Shown piece by piece: positions 30,498-38,397 of a stretch of DNA of 58,258 nt. The stretch is from NCBI GenBank assembly GCA_026991575.1, contig JALXBF010000096.1:1-58258 (forward strand), read 5' to 3'. The notes below the pieces were generated by a model. The model was not told the DNA's origin. It ran no database searches and saw nothing but the letters and a program-made list of their open reading frames with translations. Position 1 is the stretch's first letter; every line of letters begins with the position of its first letter. This DNA is from Planctomycetota bacterium. GTDB lineage: Bacteria > Planctomycetota > Planctomycetia > JALXBF01. The position numbers and the translations under genes are program-made.

Positions 30498-31127
30498 CCT
30501 CCGCTACCACTCTCGTTCGATAGGTGGGTACGGGCTCAACGTTGTGGTGTACCAATTCGACGGCCGGTCGGGGTTTCAATCCCATCGTGGTTCGATTGGT
30601 CGGTGCGAGCTTCATGAAAACTTTGGTTTTGGAGAGGATTTGTATTGGTTTCAATCCCATCGTGGTTCGATTGGTCGGTGCGAGCTTGAGAAGGTGCTCG
30701 ACGAGCTCGAGGGTGCCGGCGGTTTCAATCCCATCGTGGTTCGATTGGTCGGTGCGAGTTTTTGGAGGAGTGCTATGAAGCTCGAAAGTATATTCGTTTC
30801 AATCCCATCGTGGTTCGATTGGTCGGTGCGAGATGTCTACAATGTTTCACACAAGAGATTGTTAGTTACGTTTCAATCCCATCGTGGTTCGATTGGTCGG
30901 TGCGAGGGGGAAGCGGGGTGGCGGAGATTAAGCTCCGAACGGGCGTTTCAATCCCATCGTGGTTCGATTGGTCGGTGCGAGAACGAAAAACCTGTAGTTA
31001 TATTTGGATTGCCTAGGAGTTTCAATCCCATCGTGGTTCGATTGGTCGGTGCGAGGAGGAGAAGCCAGTAATAGTGTTTGGGGCGCCTAGGTTTCAATCC
31101 CATCGTGGTTCGATTGGTCGGTGCGAG
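30498..31127 (-). CRISPR. CRISPR array: 8 identical 37-bp repeats plus 1 degenerate trailer repeat, 8 spacers of 35-38 bp
   Basis: Plus-strand repeat GTTTCAATCCCATCGTGGTTCGATTGGTCGGTGCGAG starts at 30573, 30648, 30722, 30796, 30870, 30945, 31019 and 31091. Degenerate copy at 30498-30534 (23/37 matches). On the minus strand the repeat has a short ATCG/CGAT hairpin and ends in ATTGAAAC, the class 1 8-nt handle, so it is transcribed from the cas2 side. Confidence 0.98.
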
Positions 31128-31400
31128 GCACCTCAGCGCAACTGGCGACGTAGCAATCGGTTGTGATCGGTTTTGCCCGGAGCTCGCGAACCAGCCGCTG
31201 CGAGAGCGCCGGCTGCGCGCGGGCGCCGTCGCATCCTATTGCCAAACAACTGGTTGCGGTTGCCCGCAGGTGGGCCATTTTCGGCCGCGCCAGAGGTGCG
31301 GGCAACAGGGCGCCGGCCGGCCAGCCAGCGGCAGGACAAGGCCGGACGGCGACAACGCACACAGGATCACTTGTCCGGACAAGATGCCGCACCTGCAGCC
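31128..31400 (-). promoter_or_regulatory. CRISPR leader
   Basis: Non-coding stretch between cas2 and the first intact repeat, opposite the degenerate end. Contains CAA-N4-TTG motifs at 31154-31163 and 31247-31256. Extent approximate. Confidence 0.65.
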
Positions 31401-31607
31401 TCCACCCATCCTAGCTAGTGCCGCGGGTAGCGACAAGGAGGTCCGAGGTCTCAGAAGCGCGGTCGCTCAAGCCGTGCGACGGGGGCCGGGACAGAGCTGC
31501 CAAGAGGCGGGAGCAGCCGGGGCGGGCGTGCCGCCGCGAAGAGGAGCTGCGGATGCCCAGCAGGCATCCGTTTGGTCCGGGGCGCAGCATCGCGCGCAAC
31601 CACCCGC

Positions 31608-31997
31608 TCAGCGATCCTCCTCATCGGTGCTGGCACGTGAAGCCGAGCGACCGGGGACGAGCCGCAGGCCGTCAGCCCCGGCCGACGCTATGGCGGCGTC
31701 CGGGCAGAGCCAGCCCGGCAGACCGCGGCATCGTCCGAGAAAGGTTTCTTCCGAACGCAGCTGCCACGCTTGCACGACATCGGCTCTCAGGTCCATCACC
31801 GCGGCAGCACTGTCCAACAGCGCTTCCAGCTCACGTACCGTGCCGCGGAACAAGAACACCGACCGCTGCGTGCGCAACGCGTACCGCTCCATCACACGGG
31901 CAACCCGCTGCAACCGCCTGGGATCGGCGATGTCATAGGCAACCACGAACATTGCCATCCGCTTGTCTCCGTGCTGTTGACCGGTGGTCTCTGTCAC
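31608..31997 (-). CDS. cas2: CRISPR-associated endonuclease Cas2
   Basis: FVVAYDIADPRRLQRVARVMERYALRTQRSVF motif. GTG start overlaps the cas1 stop (alternative ATG 31958). Confidence 0.95.
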   Translation of the reverse strand: MTETTGQQHGDKRMAMFVVAYDIADPRRLQRVARVMERYALRTQRSVFLFRGTVRELEALLDSAAAVMDLRADVVQAWQLRSEETFLGRCRGLPGWLCPDAAIASAGADGLRLVPGRSASRASTDEEDR

Positions 31998-33136
31998 GAC
32001 TGAGCCGGCTGAGAATCTGGGCCCCGTGCCGACCGTGCCGGCGGGCGGCGGTCGAGGTGACGGAGAAGTTGGAAAAACCTTTCGATCTCGTTGTTAACAC
32101 GCCGACTGTGGTCGTCGCGACTCCAGGCTGCTTCCCATTGGGCTAGGACTCGAGAGAACGCGGCCGGACTTAGGATTACGCCGCCCTCGGGCCCTCGGCG
32201 AAAATCACCCGGGGCCACGATGCCGGTGTTGCATAGCCTCAAGACCCAGCGATCCACGATGCGCACCCGGAGCGGTTCGATCAGGTCACAGGCCAGTGCG
32301 GGACGGCCAGGTCGCGGCTCGTGCAAGGCGCCCAGAGCTACCTCCAGGCCCGCCGCGCGACAGCGTGCGACCAGACGCGACGTCAGCAGCGTGTACCCAA
32401 GGCTCAGCAGGGCGTTTACGGGGTCCCGCGGCGGCCGGCGATTCCGCCCGTGGAACGACCATGGCCGCTGGAGCCGCTCGCCCAAGATCCGAAACCAGAC
32501 CGCCGCCGCCGATCCCTCGATCCCCAGCAGTTCACCATGACTCGTGGCCCGGTCGGCTGCCTGACGGAACCGCCGTAACTCGCCGACCAACGCCCCGGTT
32601 ACGCCCCCGTGGCGTTGGAAGTAGCGTGCCGCCTCCAGCTGTGAAGCGATCTTGCGGACGACGACGTCCTGAGCAAGCACGAACTTCGCCTCCGGACGGC
32701 CGAGCACTCGGTACTGCATCAGCCTGATCGTGACGCTACCGTCTACCGGGGGCGCCAATAGACCACGAAGCCGAACGCCGCGGTAGGAAAGGAACGCTAC
32801 CAGAACGTCGTTCAACAACAGTTCATGCACCGCTGCGTCCGTTACCCCGACACGGCCGTAGCAGAGCACCAGCTCCAGCGGACGCAGATCGAGCGCAAGC
32901 TGCACTCCCTCTGCCGTCGCAAACGCTACCCGACCGTTAATCACCTTCAGCGTGCCCGGACCGACCAAGTGCGCGACGGGTGTTGCTACCACCTTCGGCC
33001 GACGCCTCGGACCGCTCTGCGTTTCCCGTGCTCTCATGGCCCGTACCCGACTGTTCCTGGCGTTGCCGCTTCTTCCACCGATTGCGGCGCTCCCGCTTAC
33101 GCCGCGACCCGTTGTGCCGTGCCCCTGTGCCTTCAT
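31994..33136 (-). CDS. cas1: CRISPR-associated endonuclease Cas1
   Basis: LLGIEGSAAAVWF, RNRRPPRDPVNALLSLGYTLL, GALH and ALACDLIEPLR motifs with catalytic E/H/E intact. Start may be ATG 33037. Confidence 0.95.
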   Translation of the reverse strand: MKAQGHGTTGRGVSGSAAIGGRSGNARNSRVRAMRARETQSGPRRRPKVVATPVAHLVGPGTLKVINGRVAFATAEGVQLALDLRPLELVLCYGRVGVTDAAVHELLLNDVLVAFLSYRGVRLRGLLAPPVDGSVTIRLMQYRVLGRPEAKFVLAQDVVVRKIASQLEAARYFQRHGGVTGALVGELRRFRQAADRATSHGELLGIEGSAAAVWFRILGERLQRPWSFHGRNRRPPRDPVNALLSLGYTLLTSRLVARCRAAGLEVALGALHEPRPGRPALACDLIEPLRVRIVDRWVLRLCNTGIVAPGDFRRGPEGGVILSPAAFSRVLAQWEAAWSRDDHSRRVNNEIERFFQLLRHLDRRPPARSARGPDSQPAQS

Positions 33137-34787
33137 TCCGCTTCGTGTCGGCGGCCTCCTCCTGATCCGGTCGCATCAACGCCGGCGATTCCGGTTTCCG
33201 CTGCCGCGACGCCGGTACGTAACGGATCACCGGATCCGGTACGGCTGGACCGGCCGGCATCGTGGCTTCTGGCGGGGACGGCGGCAGTAACGCGGCCACG
33301 CCGAGGTCGTCGTCTTCCTGCCGTGGCTCGGCAAGCGACCCATCCGCCGTCACCTGCTCGGGGACCATCCAGGCCGGTTTCACGACCACGTTCTCGTAGC
33401 GGTGTGGTCGCAGCGTTCCTAACACCGTAAGCTGCACGCCGTCGACCTCCCAGGTGCGGAACCCGCCCGGAAGTCGTACCAGATGGCGTTTCCGCAGCTC
33501 GGCCCTGCTGAGGCCGAGCACCGTGCGCAGCAGACGCTCCACGCGGCCGAACACGTGATCATCCACGTCCAGGAAGACCTCATGAGCGTTCAGCGTCGTA
33601 CGGTACACACCAGCCCACTGCTTTAGCGTCGTGTTAAGCGACTTGATCCATTGCCCCAGATCAAACGCACTGGCCTCGATCCGTTCGCTCGGAGGCATGG
33701 TCATCTCGTCAATCTGTTCGATCAGTTCCAGGACCCGCTGCTCGGGAACCTCGCACGCGTATCGCGTGCCCTCAAACCACGGTTTCCGCCGCGGCACGAA
33801 CCGCAGCCCGAGCCACTCGAATCCGTTATCCGCCCGGCTGTACCGCCACCACCGCGCCGTCGTTCTGAGCCGTAGCTTCCGCGCAGCCCGGTGCACGGTG
33901 TGCAATGCCCGCCACATTGACCGTCGCGTGCCTGCGATGAGCAGGAGATCGTCAGCGTACCGGAAGAAACTGACGGTGCCTTCCGAGGCGGCCAGCTGGC
34001 CCAATGCTTCGTCCATCGGATGCAGGTACAGATTGCACAGCAAAGGCGACAGCGGGCTTCCCTGCAGAATGCCGACGTGACGAGGGGAGAGCCACCCGAT
34101 TCGCTTCGCCCCGGCGTATAGGACGGTCTTCACTAGTGCCAGGAAGCGACCATCTGAGACGCGATCGCCGAGCATTCCAAGCAGGAGGTCAACGTCGATC
34201 GAGCCAAAGCAGTCCCGCACGTCAACCTTGGCGACCCAGGCAACGTTAGCAGGCGAGAGGTTACGATCGGCCAGCGCACGGCACACCATCGCAGCGGCTC
34301 GGGCTACCCCCTGGCCCGGGCGGTACCCGAAGCTACGCCGATCGAAGGTCGGCTCAAGCACCGGTTCCAGCACCTGCTTCAGCGCCGCATGCACGATTCG
34401 ATCACGCACGTTCAGCAACGTAAGCGTGCGGATGCCACCGGTGCCATCGTCTTTCGGCACGTCGAACTGACGGTACGGGCCGGGGCGGTATTCACCCCGC
34501 ACGAGCTGCTCTGCTAACTCCTCCAGCACGATCCCGATCCGTGACGCTAGCTTCGCGCACGTCTGCCCGTCAGGGCCGGGAGTGTCGGCGCCGTCGGAGC
34601 GTGCGACGCGGTCCCAGGCAGCTAGCAGGTTCCTGCGGTCCGTCAACCGGGCCATCATGTACTTGGCAGGACGACGGCCGTAGTTGGTCTTCAAGAAGAT
34701 TTCGCGCTGCAGGTCAGTAAGGTCCTCTTTCACGTTGCTGCGAGTAACCGGTCTAACCCTTTCCTCAAACAGTGAGACCGTAACCAT
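32937..34787 (-). CDS. CRISPR-associated reverse transcriptase (group II intron-type RT with thumb/X domain)
   Basis: NLLAAWDRV..TPGPDG, PK..G..R, RDRIVHAAL, SFGYRPG, VDVRDCFGSID, GILQGSPLSPLLCNLYL, RYADD and FEWLG motifs. AGGAG RBS. Directly upstream of cas1. Confidence 0.93.
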   Translation of the reverse strand: MVTVSLFEERVRPVTRSNVKEDLTDLQREIFLKTNYGRRPAKYMMARLTDRRNLLAAWDRVARSDGADTPGPDGQTCAKLASRIGIVLEELAEQLVRGEYRPGPYRQFDVPKDDGTGGIRTLTLLNVRDRIVHAALKQVLEPVLEPTFDRRSFGYRPGQGVARAAAMVCRALADRNLSPANVAWVAKVDVRDCFGSIDVDLLLGMLGDRVSDGRFLALVKTVLYAGAKRIGWLSPRHVGILQGSPLSPLLCNLYLHPMDEALGQLAASEGTVSFFRYADDLLLIAGTRRSMWRALHTVHRAARKLRLRTTARWWRYSRADNGFEWLGLRFVPRRKPWFEGTRYACEVPEQRVLELIEQIDEMTMPPSERIEASAFDLGQWIKSLNTTLKQWAGVYRTTLNAHEVFLDVDDHVFGRVERLLRTVLGLSRAELRKRHLVRLPGGFRTWEVDGVQLTVLGTLRPHRYENVVVKPAWMVPEQVTADGSLAEPRQEDDDLGVAALLPPSPPEATMPAGPAVPDPVIRYVPASRQRKPESPALMRPDQEEAADTKRNEGTGARHNGSRRKRERRNRWKKRQRQEQSGTGHESTGNAERSEASAEGGSNTRRALGRSGHAEGD

Positions 34788-34870
34788 CGGCGCTGGCTCC
34801 TTCTGGTGACGATCCGACCGTTTCTCTCGGCTGGCTGCGGTGCCTGCTCTTGAGGTGGCAGTCCTATTTG

Positions 34871-34900
34871 ATTTACTGTCCTGGGGGTGGAAACCTGACA
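34871..34900 (-). promoter_or_regulatory. Candidate ECF-type promoter TGTCAG-N18-GTAAAT for RT-cas1-cas2
   Basis: Minus-strand TGTCAG at 34900-34895, 18-nt spacer, GTAAAT from 34876, about 85 nt before the RT ATG. Confidence 0.55.
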
Positions 34901-35076
34901 GCTTGACGAGAAAATCCGGCAGCCCAGCGAAAGGCGAGCCCGTCGTCGTCCTGACCTGCTGAGGGCAGGATCTGGCCGGCTGGTCTTATGGAACATGGAC
35001 GGATGCGTTCGGACAGGGGCGTCGTCCGGAAGGCTACGGCCTGCGGAGCGGGTTGCCCGGACGTTATTGCTGTTCG

Positions 35077-36318
35077 CTAGCGGACGGGGTCCCAGGGCTT
35101 CCACTGGCCGGTCTTGTCGGGAGCTTCCAGGATGGGACGGCGGCCACGCGCCAGCGCGGCGGAGAGGAGCTCAAGCGGGACGTACGCGACCCCTTGCTCG
35201 CCGACATACGCTTCCACCTCGGCCAGCCGGACCGGCATACCGACCAGCTCCGGTGCGGGATCCCCCGGGGTGACCAGCTCCTCGGCAACGGGGCTGGAAT
35301 CCAGGGCTATGGCAAGCGCGACCCTGCGCAGCTCCAGCGGCAGTCCCCGCCCGAGCCGCGCCAGGTCGTCGCGCCATTGGACAATCGCCACATACTGGCG
35401 GTCCGGGCTGGCCCACTTGACTCCTTCCATGACCTGCGGCGTACCGGCGGGCGCCGCGGCCAGCGCAACTCCCTCAGGGGGCCTGCTGCGAGCCTGCTCT
35501 GCCGCAGCCTGGTACGCGGCCACCAGCTCCTGCAACCGCTGTACGACGACCCTTTGCTCCCACAGGGGCGAGCCAACCAGCAGGTGCGCCGGCGGCGGGG
35601 GGGGCGGTCCGGAAAGGAAACGTTCGCAGCGCACGACCTCTTCCAGCAGCGGTACGAACTTGCCCAGTGTACCGACCAGTTCGTCCCGGTTGGGGTCGGA
35701 CGCTTCAACAACCGCGCGGACATAGCGTTCCAGCGGCAGGAATAGGTCGGACGATTCAGTTAGTGCGTGCCGCGCCAGCTCCAGGGGCTGCTCCACGGCC
35801 GCAAGCTCTCGACCTCCCCCACCTGGGGCCGACCGAGCTACAGCCAAGACCAGCTCGGCATCGTCCAGGTCATCAAGCAGTGTCATTGCCCAGTGCGCGT
35901 CCGCTTCGCCTTGCTCGACCGCCTGCTCGTGCCACTCTTGCCATTCCCGCAGCCAGCCGGTCGGCCGCATCACGTCCAGCGCCATGGTGGCCAGTTCGCC
36001 CAGGCGCTCATGCATGGTTTCTTCGCACCGACGCAAGCCGGCCTCCTTGGCCGCGTCGCTGAACCACTCAAAACCATGCTTCGGTACAGACGTGCCGAAG
36101 GCCGCTGCTATGTACTCGTCACGCGTGCGCCTGAGCCGGGCCCAGGCTGCGAGCAGCTCGTAGGCCACTTGCGGATCCGAGGTGTCAGCAGCGGGCAGCA
36201 ATTCGAAGAACCAGTCGGCCCATTCTGCAACCAGCGGCAGCGGATCGACCGGTTCAGAGAGTTCGGCCAACTGCCGAAGCACACGCTGCAGCCTTTCGGC
36301 GATCGTTTTCGTGTCCAT
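35077..36318 (-). CDS. Hypothetical 413-aa protein, candidate anti-sigma / Csx30-like
   Basis: Clearly coding. Acidic helical N-terminal region (LLDDLDDAEL), poly-Pro linker, ALAAA motif and short beta-rich C-terminal region. Lies between the ECF sigma and the RT. Function inferred from context only. Confidence 0.6.
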   Translation of the reverse strand: MDTKTIAERLQRVLRQLAELSEPVDPLPLVAEWADWFFELLPAADTSDPQVAYELLAAWARLRRTRDEYIAAAFGTSVPKHGFEWFSDAAKEAGLRRCEETMHERLGELATMALDVMRPTGWLREWQEWHEQAVEQGEADAHWAMTLLDDLDDAELVLAVARSAPGGGGRELAAVEQPLELARHALTESSDLFLPLERYVRAVVEASDPNRDELVGTLGKFVPLLEEVVRCERFLSGPPPPPPAHLLVGSPLWEQRVVVQRLQELVAAYQAAAEQARSRPPEGVALAAAPAGTPQVMEGVKWASPDRQYVAIVQWRDDLARLGRGLPLELRRVALAIALDSSPVAEELVTPGDPAPELVGMPVRLAEVEAYVGEQGVAYVPLELLSAALARGRRPILEAPDKTGQWKPWDPVR

Positions 36319-36582
36319 CGCTGTCGTCTCTGCTGAGTCTGCCTTCCCTGGTTACCACCTGGCGGCCGGCGGCATGGCCATTCCACAACCATCAGGCCGC
36401 AGCCTGCCGAACGATCGAGCGACGGGCTACAGGCGATGCCGTGCTCGATCGCGCCGTGTCGGTCCCGTGAAGCCTGGCGCAGCGGGTGCGACCTTGGCGG
36501 ATACGGTCGCCCTGCGGGCCGGACGCGCCGGGCGCCGCAGAGCCCTCAGAGGCAACGGTCCCGCCCGGTGTCCTGCTACGAA

Positions 36583-36612
36583 AAGGACACAGCGTCCGGA
36601 TTTTTTCTGACG
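36583..36612 (-). promoter_or_regulatory. Candidate ECF-type promoter CGTCAG-N18-GTCC
   Basis: Minus strand reads CGTCAG AAAAAATCCGGACGCTGT GTCCTT, about 265 nt upstream of ATG 36318. Weaker match than the other three. Confidence 0.4.
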
Positions 36613-37177
36613 GAACGGGCGGGGGAGAACGTTCGGGAGCGATGCGACCGTGCCGAAAAGCAACCCTCGATGCCGGAAGGCGTGTCTCAGGACCAGGCGA
36701 GGACGTTGCCGCGCGCCGCTGCAGATGCTCGCGCGCACCGGCTCGTCTGCCACCCCTGTTCACCTACAGTTTAGGTTTCCTCGCCTGTCCCGACCACACG
36801 GTGCGTGCGCCCTAATGTCTGTGCCAGACAGCATACGACGGGGGGGCACCGAAGCAGGCGGCCGCCACGCCACCGTAACCGGGCCGGTGAACACGTGCGG
36901 GTAACACCGGTCCACGTCGGTACGCAACGGTATGGGCCTGGTGACCCGACTCGGGCGCGCACGGAAGACGCTACTCGGATTGGCTGATGACTCGGCCTCC
37001 ATGTGCTTCCCGCTGCGGTTAGCAACGCACATGTGCTGCCCGTTAAGCCAACCGGCCCCCCGCCCGCTTCGTTGCCGGATACGCGTCGCAAGTTGACCCA
37101 GGACAATGTCATGTCAGAAAGCGCTAGGGCTCTCATGGTCAGGGGAGGTTCAGAGCCGCGCGGCATGGCGAGTGTCG

Positions 37178-38170
37178 CTAAGGTGGTGCCGGGAGTTCAT
37201 CGCGAAAGACCACATGGTACCAGAACGTCCAAGCCATTGCCGACGCAGCGTCCCGGAGCTCATCCGGAGGGAAGTCTTCGTTCACAGTCTCGGCCAGCGC
37301 CTGGCGCATCCTGCGTATCCATTGATACCAGGTGGCCGGCGACGCCTTTGCTTCGGGGACCAGTTGCGTGACCACCGCGGTTACCGTGCGCTGGCCCACC
37401 CGTCCCTGCCGACAGCAGTACCCTTGCCAAGCCCTCCAGACCGTGGCAAGTTGGGGCCAGCCGTCCTTGGGCCGAAGGGCCTCGACGGTGCTGTCCCACG
37501 GTACGGCGTCTGCCACCGTTTGGCCGATGTCGGCATGAAGGACGGTTTCCCGCTGGCAACCGCTGAGCAGCATCTGGTAAAGTCGGGTACGGAAGAACAG
37601 CCAGTAGACGGCGACGTAATCGATGGCACGTCCCCGCCGTTCGCTAAGTTGAGTGGCTGCCCAGCGGTGGCAGTGCGTCAGTTGGCGCACCAGTTGCCGC
37701 CATCGGGCAGACGCGGCCGCCGGCGGCTCGTGTTCGGCGTCGGGTATGACGGAACAGCGGGCGAGGGCAACCTCGGGTGGCACGTTACCGTTGCCCAGTT
37801 CGGACATTCGCCTGGTGCGTTTGCCGCCCCTGCTACGCTGTCGCAGCTGGGTGCGCATCCGGTTTTGGGCCACGGTTACGATCCAGCCTTTGGCATCGTC
37901 GGCGGAGCGCCTGACGTTGGCGGGCAGCTTGCCCAGCCAGATCTGTAGCAGAACGTGGTTGGCTGCGTCAGACACGTATTCCGGGTCGTTTTCCGGTGGC
38001 TGACAGCTGTTCTCGATGTGGCGGTGGACGAGTTGATACAGCTCGAGTAAGGCTGCACCGTCACCCTGCTCGGATCGGGCGACCAACAAGCGGAAGTCGT
38101 CGCCTGACGGCGGTATCCCCTGCGCAACCACGTCCAGACGGCCCCGAACAAGCTCCGGTGGAGGCACCAC
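37178..38170 (-). CDS. Atypical ECF (sigma-70 group 4) sigma factor
   Basis: LVARSEQGDGAALLELY, DAANHVLLQIW and WIVTVAQNRMRTQLRQR (region 2), plus a distal SPATWYQWIRRMRQAL helix like region 4.2. Start uncertain (GTG 38170 or 38131). Confidence 0.75.
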   Translation of the reverse strand: MVPPPELVRGRLDVVAQGIPPSGDDFRLLVARSEQGDGAALLELYQLVHRHIENSCQPPENDPEYVSDAANHVLLQIWLGKLPANVRRSADDAKGWIVTVAQNRMRTQLRQRSRGGKRTRRMSELGNGNVPPEVALARCSVIPDAEHEPPAAASARWRQLVRQLTHCHRWAATQLSERRGRAIDYVAVYWLFFRTRLYQMLLSGCQRETVLHADIGQTVADAVPWDSTVEALRPKDGWPQLATVWRAWQGYCCRQGRVGQRTVTAVVTQLVPEAKASPATWYQWIRRMRQALAETVNEDFPPDELRDAASAMAWTFWYHVVFRDELPAPP

Positions 38171-38397
38171 GTGACAGACCCCTGCACTATAGCAGAGTCG
38201 CGCCGCGTTCAGCAACCCGCTGTCTGTCTGCGGGTCCGACGGACGGCTTGTCCCGGGAGGCGGCGAGCGGGGTCCCGGGCTAAGAAGTGTAGCCGCGTCG
38301 CCAGGGGGGCAGAGCTTTCGCCGGCCGAACGCCCAACGCGCCGCGCCGGGTAACAGCAGCCTCGAGTCCTGGGCAGCACCCCGATCCAGGTGGCCGA

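Noticed and set aside
30154..31600. ORFs spanning the CRISPR array and leader (30154..30660, 30487..31071, 30524..30778, 31078..31938)
   Set aside because: Their repeated peptides (FQSHRGSIGRCE, FNPIVVRLVGA) are translated repeats or antisense to cas2.
32937..35076. RT as a mobile group II intron, retron or DGR
   Set aside because: No intron domain V/VI after the ORF, no retron VTG motif or msr-msd inverted repeats, and no TR/VR pair seen. Direct coupling to cas1-cas2-array explains it better.
36319..37177. A Csx31-like small gene between the sigma and the 413-aa gene
   Set aside because: ORFs here (36392..36763, 36771..37166 and others) have shadow-like composition and no recognisable motifs. 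Treated as intergenic.
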